NCBI GenBank assembly: GCA_036497825.1
Contig: DASXIT010000134.1
Location: forward strand, 17,936 to 81,935
From: Candidatus Acidiferrum sp.
Lineage (GTDB): Bacteria > Acidobacteriota > Terriglobia > Acidiferrales > UBA7541
Direction of reading: 5' to 3'
Length of the DNA: 64,000 nt
The notes under the pieces were generated by a model. The model had not been told where the DNA came from, made no database searches, and was given only the letters and a program-made list of their open reading frames with translations. A program made the position numbers and the translations under genes. How positions within the stretch are numbered: position 1 is the first letter of the stretch; every line of letters begins with the position of its first letter. This document shows, one piece after another, positions 59,453 to 64,000 of this stretch.

Positions 59453-60790
59453 TCAAATCCTCCGCACCAGCCCGCGATCGGTTGCCTCAGTGTTGCGAAC
59501 GAGTAGAAGCACAAGAAGCATCCCAGTGAACGGGATTAGACCGGCAATAATCATCAGCGGATCGAACAGATGTGTGCCCGTGGAAAGTCGCGCGTCGGAA
59601 ATCTGACCAGCCAATAGATACACGATAATGGTGCCGATTGCGGCGCCTGTTCCGCTCAGACCGCTGACGGAAGCGACCGAATCGCTGTGGAAGAGATCTG
59701 AAGGGAGCACGTTGGCGATAGTGGTAAAAGATGCATAAGAGAAAGTAGCAAGGCCAAAAAGGAGAGCGAGCAACGAGAGATTCACAGTGAAAATGGTGGG
59801 GATGAGCAAGGTAACGCCGAGACCTCCGAACACCGCTAGAGCCTTGCGCGCGTTGCCGACTGACCAGCCGCGTTTGATGAGATAGCCCGACATACCGCCG
59901 CCAAAAAAATTGCCGAGATCCGCCGCGACAAATGGAATCCAAACGGCAATCAAACCACTTTTGAGAGAGATGCCCTTGGCGACGAGATAGATGGGAAACC
60001 AGTCGGCAATGAAAAAGAAAACCGGGTCCGTGAAAGTTCGGGCGATGATGGTTCCCCAGGTCTGAGGCAACTTCAGCAGATCAACTAAGCTGGGACGAAC
60101 CTTGTTGGGGGACGCCTGTTCCCTCGCATCGGAAAGGATCATACGGCGCTCGCTATCTCCAATGCGCGGATGCTCCTGAGGCGTGTAGTAGAGCCAGCGC
60201 CAAGCCACCAGCCAAGGAATGCCTAGGAGGCCAGGAACGACAAATGCGACCCGCCAGCCGAAGCGAAAGTAAATCCACAGAACAAGGAAAGGAGCGATCG
60301 CGCCGCCAATGGAAGAGCCGCTATCAAACAAGGCCGTTGCCAGTCCTCGTTCGTGTTTCGGGAACCATTCGGAGACAGCCTTGGTTGCAGCGGGCCAGTT
60401 ACCCGATTCGGCCGCTCCGAGAAAAAAGCGAAAACCCAGAAAAGAGTAAAAGCCGCGGGCGAGAGGGGTAAGCAAAGAAACGAGGGAATACCAGGCCACA
60501 GTAATGGTCAATCCGCGTTTGGTACCAAGGCGGTCCATGAGCCGCCCACAAAGGGTCTGCCCGATGGAATACGCTGCACGAAACGCAATGACGATAGCGG
60601 CGTAATCCGTGTTGGTCCAGTGATAGTCGCGTTTTAGAAAGGGCGCGAGAAGTGAGAGTGTCTGCCTATCAATATAATTAATGACCGTCGAGGCAAAGAG
60701 GATTCCCCCGATCCACCAGCGAAGGTTTGGGATCGTGCGGCGCCCGCCGGAATCACCGGGCTGTGGGCCGGAATGCGTGACATGCTCCAT
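59453..60790 (-). CDS. MFS transporter, ExuT hexuronate-like
   Basis: LRWWI, INYIDRQTLS, AESGNWPAATKAVSEWFP.ERG, FDSGSSIG. Confidence 0.88.
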   Translation of the reverse strand: MEHVTHSGPQPGDSGGRRTIPNLRWWIGGILFASTVINYIDRQTLSLLAPFLKRDYHWTNTDYAAIVIAFRAAYSIGQTLCGRLMDRLGTKRGLTITVAWYSLVSLLTPLARGFYSFLGFRFFLGAAESGNWPAATKAVSEWFPKHERGLATALFDSGSSIGGAIAPFLVLWIYFRFGWRVAFVVPGLLGIPWLVAWRWLYYTPQEHPRIGDSERRMILSDAREQASPNKVRPSLVDLLKLPQTWGTIIARTFTDPVFFFIADWFPIYLVAKGISLKSGLIAVWIPFVAADLGNFFGGGMSGYLIKRGWSVGNARKALAVFGGLGVTLLIPTIFTVNLSLLALLFGLATFSYASFTTIANVLPSDLFHSDSVASVSGLSGTGAAIGTIIVYLLAGQISDARLSTGTHLFDPLMIIAGLIPFTGMLLVLLLVRNTEATDRGLVRRI

Positions 60791-60830
60791 CAACAAGCCG
60801 TCAAGCGACAAGAGCGACGGGCAACCATTG

Positions 60831-61595
60831 TCAGGCGGAAGCCGTGAGCGCCGACAGCGTGGCTGGGCTAAGCAAAGCGGAGGATTGCTGGTCTAGATAG
60901 ACCGTGGCATTGGGATGGTTCCGCAAGATTGACGACGGCGCCATCGGACTGATTGGCCCATCGAAACAAGCTTTGATGGCGGCGGCTTTGCGGGCGTCAG
61001 GAACGACGGCAAGAATTTCCTTGCTCTTGAGAACCTGGCGCACGGACATCGAGATGGCTTGCTTGGGAACTGCGTCGAGATTCTTGAACCAGCCTTCGCC
61101 AACCTGCTGGAGGCGGCACGCGTGGTCGAGGGCGACAATGATGTAAGGTTCTTCAGTCTCGAAATCCGCGGGAGGATCGTTGAATGCAATGTGCCCATTT
61201 TCGCCGATACCCAGGAAAGCGATATCAATCGGTGAAGTAGTGATGGCCTTGCCCACGCTACAAATCACCTCCGCAGGATCCTGGCTGCCATCGAGAAGGT
61301 GATAGTTAACGATGCCGGTCCTCGCAATCAAACGTTCCTGAAGGAATTTGCAGAAGCTTGCAGGATGGGTCATGGGGAGTCCGATATATTCGTCCAGATG
61401 AAAAAGCTCAACTTGCTTCCAGAGAATCCCTGAGGTTGCGATGAGAGCTTCGAGGAATTCGAATTGAGACGCAGCACTGGCAGCCACGACACGAGCTTGC
61501 CCACGCTCTGCGATAGCAGAGCGGATGGCTGCCGCAGCCTGAATGGCCGCTGCTTTGCCAAGTGAAACTTTGTCATCGAAAATTCTCAGACGCAT
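60831..61595 (-). CDS. nagB: Glucosamine-6-phosphate deaminase family protein
   Basis: [37 protein letters not shown]-type tail. No signal peptide. Confidence 0.78.
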   Translation of the reverse strand: MRLRIFDDKVSLGKAAAIQAAAAIRSAIAERGQARVVAASAASQFEFLEALIATSGILWKQVELFHLDEYIGLPMTHPASFCKFLQERLIARTGIVNYHLLDGSQDPAEVICSVGKAITTSPIDIAFLGIGENGHIAFNDPPADFETEEPYIIVALDHACRLQQVGEGWFKNLDAVPKQAISMSVRQVLKSKEILAVVPDARKAAAIKACFDGPISPMAPSSILRNHPNATVYLDQQSSALLSPATLSALTASA

Positions 61596-61682
61596 TTCTA
61601 AATCTCCTCTCGCAAAACCTTGGCGGATCGAGAGTGCAAACGATAGCAGCGTGCTTGCCCGGAAATCCGGCCCAAGAACCTT

Positions 61683-61707
61683 GACATCATATCAGACGCA
61701 TGATGTC
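61683..61707. promoter_or_regulatory. Palindromic operator candidate overlapping an extended -10 of the nagB unit
   Basis: GACATCAT-N9-ATGATGTC perfect inverted repeat. Minus-strand TGATATGAT at 61694-61686. Confidence 0.55.
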
Positions 61708-61797
61708 CTCTTCCTTTCAGCTGACAACAGAAGAACCTGCCTCGGGAAGGCATTGCTGTCCGCGTGTTTTAAAATCCAACTGGTCCAAGGGGAGAGA

Positions 61798-64000
61798 ATG
61801 CAAAAGAAAAGTGAGATGGAGACAGCTGTTGGATTAGGTCAAAGCCTGTACGCGGTCGCAAGAACGGTGTTCGCGCTGTTGGCTGTCCTGCCGCTGTGGT
61901 GGCCCTCGGCGGCCGAGGCGCAGACCATCCGCGTGGACACAACTCCCAGCCATGTTGTGAACACATTCAGCCCGCTTTATGCACTTGGATCAACGGTGGA
62001 TCGCGTGCCCAGCAATGCCACCGATCCATTTTTTAAGCCGGAGGCAATTCAAAAGATTTTGTCAGCCGGGTGGGGAGCGATCAGCTATCGCCAAAATACA
62101 GATTTATTCGTGCAGGCGTGGCATTGGAACCCAAAGGGAAGCTGGAGCGATCCTGCAGGCAAAGGCTATTTCACAGGCAACGCAAACCCCACGGAGATGA
62201 TTCGCCATTCTTATGGTTATGCTCTGCAGCACCGGGGATTCACGCGCAACGGAGGCTTGGAAGACGAACTCTACTCGCGGCTGAACGACGGGGACCTGAA
62301 TTCCTACTGGAAAAGTAACCCCTATTTGTCGGATGCGTTCACGGGAGAGGCTGATGCAGTTCATCCCCAGTGGATAGTGATGGACCTGGAGTCCAAGCAA
62401 AAAGTGAACGCGATCCGCATTGCATGGGCGGAGCCCTACGCGCGAGTGTACGAAGTGCAGTATTGGAGCGGCACGGGCGACGCCATGGATGAGCAGGCTT
62501 CCGGCGACTGGAAGAGATTCACGTCGGGCGCGATGAAAAATGGGCAGGGAGGAACGATCACGCTGCGTCTTAGTTCGTCAGGGGTTTCTACTAGATGGGT
62601 GCGCGTGCTCATGAGCAAGTCTTCGAATACGTGTGATACACACGGTTCCGGTGACAAACGCAACTGCGTGGGTTATGCAATCAATGAAGTTTATTTGGGT
62701 ACGCTGGATGGAAAAGGTGCATTCCAGGATCTGCTGAGGCATTCAAAGGACCAGAAGCAATCCGCGACCTACTGCTCTTCCGTGGATCCCTGGCACGAAC
62801 CCAGTGACCTCTTCGTTGCGCCGGATCAGATGGCATCCGGAGACCAACCGGGGTTTGACTTGTTTTATACCAGCGGCATTACGCGAGGACTGCCTGCAAT
62901 CATTCCTGTTGCCATGCTGTATGGCACACCAGAGGATTCCGCCGCACAAATCGCTTACATCGAGAAACGCGGATATCCAATTGCCTACGTGGAAATGGGA
63001 GAAGAAGCTGACGGGCAGTACATGATTCCAGAGGACTATGGAGCGTTGTACTTGCAATGGGCCAAGGCGCTTCATGCCGTTAATCCGAAGTTGAAATTAG
63101 GGGGCCCGGTTTTCCAAGGAGTGACCGAAGACATCAAGGTGTGGAAAGACGCGCGAGGCCATGATTCGTGGTTCGGGCGATTTCTCGAATATCTCAAGGA
63201 GCATCAGCGTCTCTCGGACTTTGCCTTCATGTCCTTCGAGCACTATCCCTACGATGGCTGTGAGACTCCGTGGGAAAACTTGTACCAAGAGCCGCAACTG
63301 ATCACCCACATCATGAAAGTGTGGCGAGACGATGGATTGCCACCTGGAATTCCGATGTTCGACACAGAAACCAACGCTCACGGCGGAGAAGCCTCCGTGG
63401 AAGTGTTTGGCGCTCTATGGTTGGCCGATTCGTTTGCCGGGTTTTTGACCGCCGGCGGAAAAGGCACGTTTTACTATCATGCCCTGCCCTACTCTCCTCC
63501 TCATCCCAATTGCAAAAACAGTTGGGGAACGTATCGAATGTTCATGACCGACGAGAAGTACGAGATGAAGACACCGACATCGCAGTATTTCGCTGCGCAA
63601 TTGCTAACCAAGGAGTGGGTGCAGCCAGAAGATGCCGAACACCGGCTCTTTCGCGCCATGGGGGATATTAAAGATTCTAGCGGCAATGTCTTGGTAACGG
63701 CCTATCCCGTTTTGCGCCCAGATATGCAATGGTCCGTTCTGCTGATCAATAAGGACCACGACCACGATCACGCGGTTCGGATCTTGTTCCAAGATTCCGA
63801 AGCCAAAAAAGATAGTGCCTTTGCCGGGCCGGTTACGATGATCACTTTCGGTAAAAATCAGTATCAGTGGCATCCAGCCCGCAGGAATGGATATGCGGAT
63901 CCGGATGGGCCAGCCGCTAGTTCCACCATTGCAGGAGACAACGCGGTTTACACGCTGCCAGCCGCGTCCGTGACCGTGTTGCGGGGTGAAATTGCAGAAG
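61798..64000 (+). CDS. Second discoidin-containing clan GH-A-like hydrolase (runs off window end; absent from the ORF track)
   Basis: Manually translated from ATG 61798: signal peptide, QTIRVD, WHWNPKG, YWKSNPYL, EMGEEAD, KLGGP, FEHYP, DTETN, AASVTVLRG. Colinear with 44459-46666. Confidence 0.85.
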   Translation, partial: MQKKSEMETAVGLGQSLYAVARTVFALLAVLPLWWPSAAEAQTIRVDTTPSHVVNTFSPLYALGSTVDRVPSNATDPFFKPEAIQKILSAGWGAISYRQNTDLFVQAWHWNPKGSWSDPAGKGYFTGNANPTEMIRHSYGYALQHRGFTRNGGLEDELYSRLNDGDLNSYWKSNPYLSDAFTGEADAVHPQWIVMDLESKQKVNAIRIAWAEPYARVYEVQYWSGTGDAMDEQASGDWKRFTSGAMKNGQGGTITLRLSSSGVSTRWVRVLMSKSSNTCDTHGSGDKRNCVGYAINEVYLGTLDGKGAFQDLLRHSKDQKQSATYCSSVDPWHEPSDLFVAPDQMASGDQPGFDLFYTSGITRGLPAIIPVAMLYGTPEDSAAQIAYIEKRGYPIAYVEMGEEADGQYMIPEDYGALYLQWAKALHAVNPKLKLGGPVFQGVTEDIKVWKDARGHDSWFGRFLEYLKEHQRLSDFAFMSFEHYPYDGCETPWENLYQEPQLITHIMKVWRDDGLPPGIPMFDTETNAHGGEASVEVFGALWLADSFAGFLTAGGKGTFYYHALPYSPPHPNCKNSWGTYRMFMTDEKYEMKTPTSQYFAAQLLTKEWVQPEDAEHRLFRAMGDIKDSSGNVLVTAYPVLRPDMQWSVLLINKDHDHDHAVRILFQDSEAKKDSAFAGPVTMITFGKNQYQWHPARRNGYADPDGPAASSTIAGDNAVYTLPAASVTVLRGEIAE

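Noticed and set aside
1-64000. CRISPR arrays, tRNA/rRNA, IS elements, prophage or defence genes
   Set aside because: No regularly spaced repeats, cloverleaf motifs, transposase/integrase or phage proteins were recognised by eye.

Overview
A 64 kb chromosomal segment that looks acidobacterial (Terriglobia-like). This is inferred from gene style: three Oar-type TonB-dependent receptors with N-terminal carboxypeptidase-like domains, an HTH-TolB-TPR regulator, an FhlA-like activator with STAS and RND genes, and an 'empty' quinoprotein. I saw no rRNA, tRNA, CRISPR array, transposase or prophage. Left to right: the tail of a hybrid kinase plus REC-PP2C; a DUF2490-like barrel; a radical SAM/class II aldolase pair; cysD-cysN-cysH-tauE; TBDT; a Cu/Ag RND system; a sigma54-driven STAS-MFP-RND-OMF operon; MocR with TBDT-DUF1223-DoxX; a secreted vanadium haloperoxidase-like enzyme; a second hybrid kinase/REC-PP2C/STAS module; and a ~20 kb sugar locus. 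Two observations stand out. (1) The sugar locus (44.4-64 kb) appears to encode a periplasmic oxidative pathway for an amino sugar. A quinoprotein dehydrogenase, diheme cytochrome c, lactonase, Tat-signal PLP ammonia-lyase (SelA/DgaE-like), Tat-signal RidA and signal-bearing RraA/HMG-aldolase are flanked by two unusual discoidin-inserted clan GH-A hydrolases. (2) An unannotated, apparently leaderless 31-codon Cys-rich sORF with a terminator/antiterminator sits upstream of cysD, suggesting cysteine-sensing transcription attenuation. Several frameshifts fall in homopolymer runs and are probably assembly errors. All family assignments come from motif recognition by eye, not database searches.
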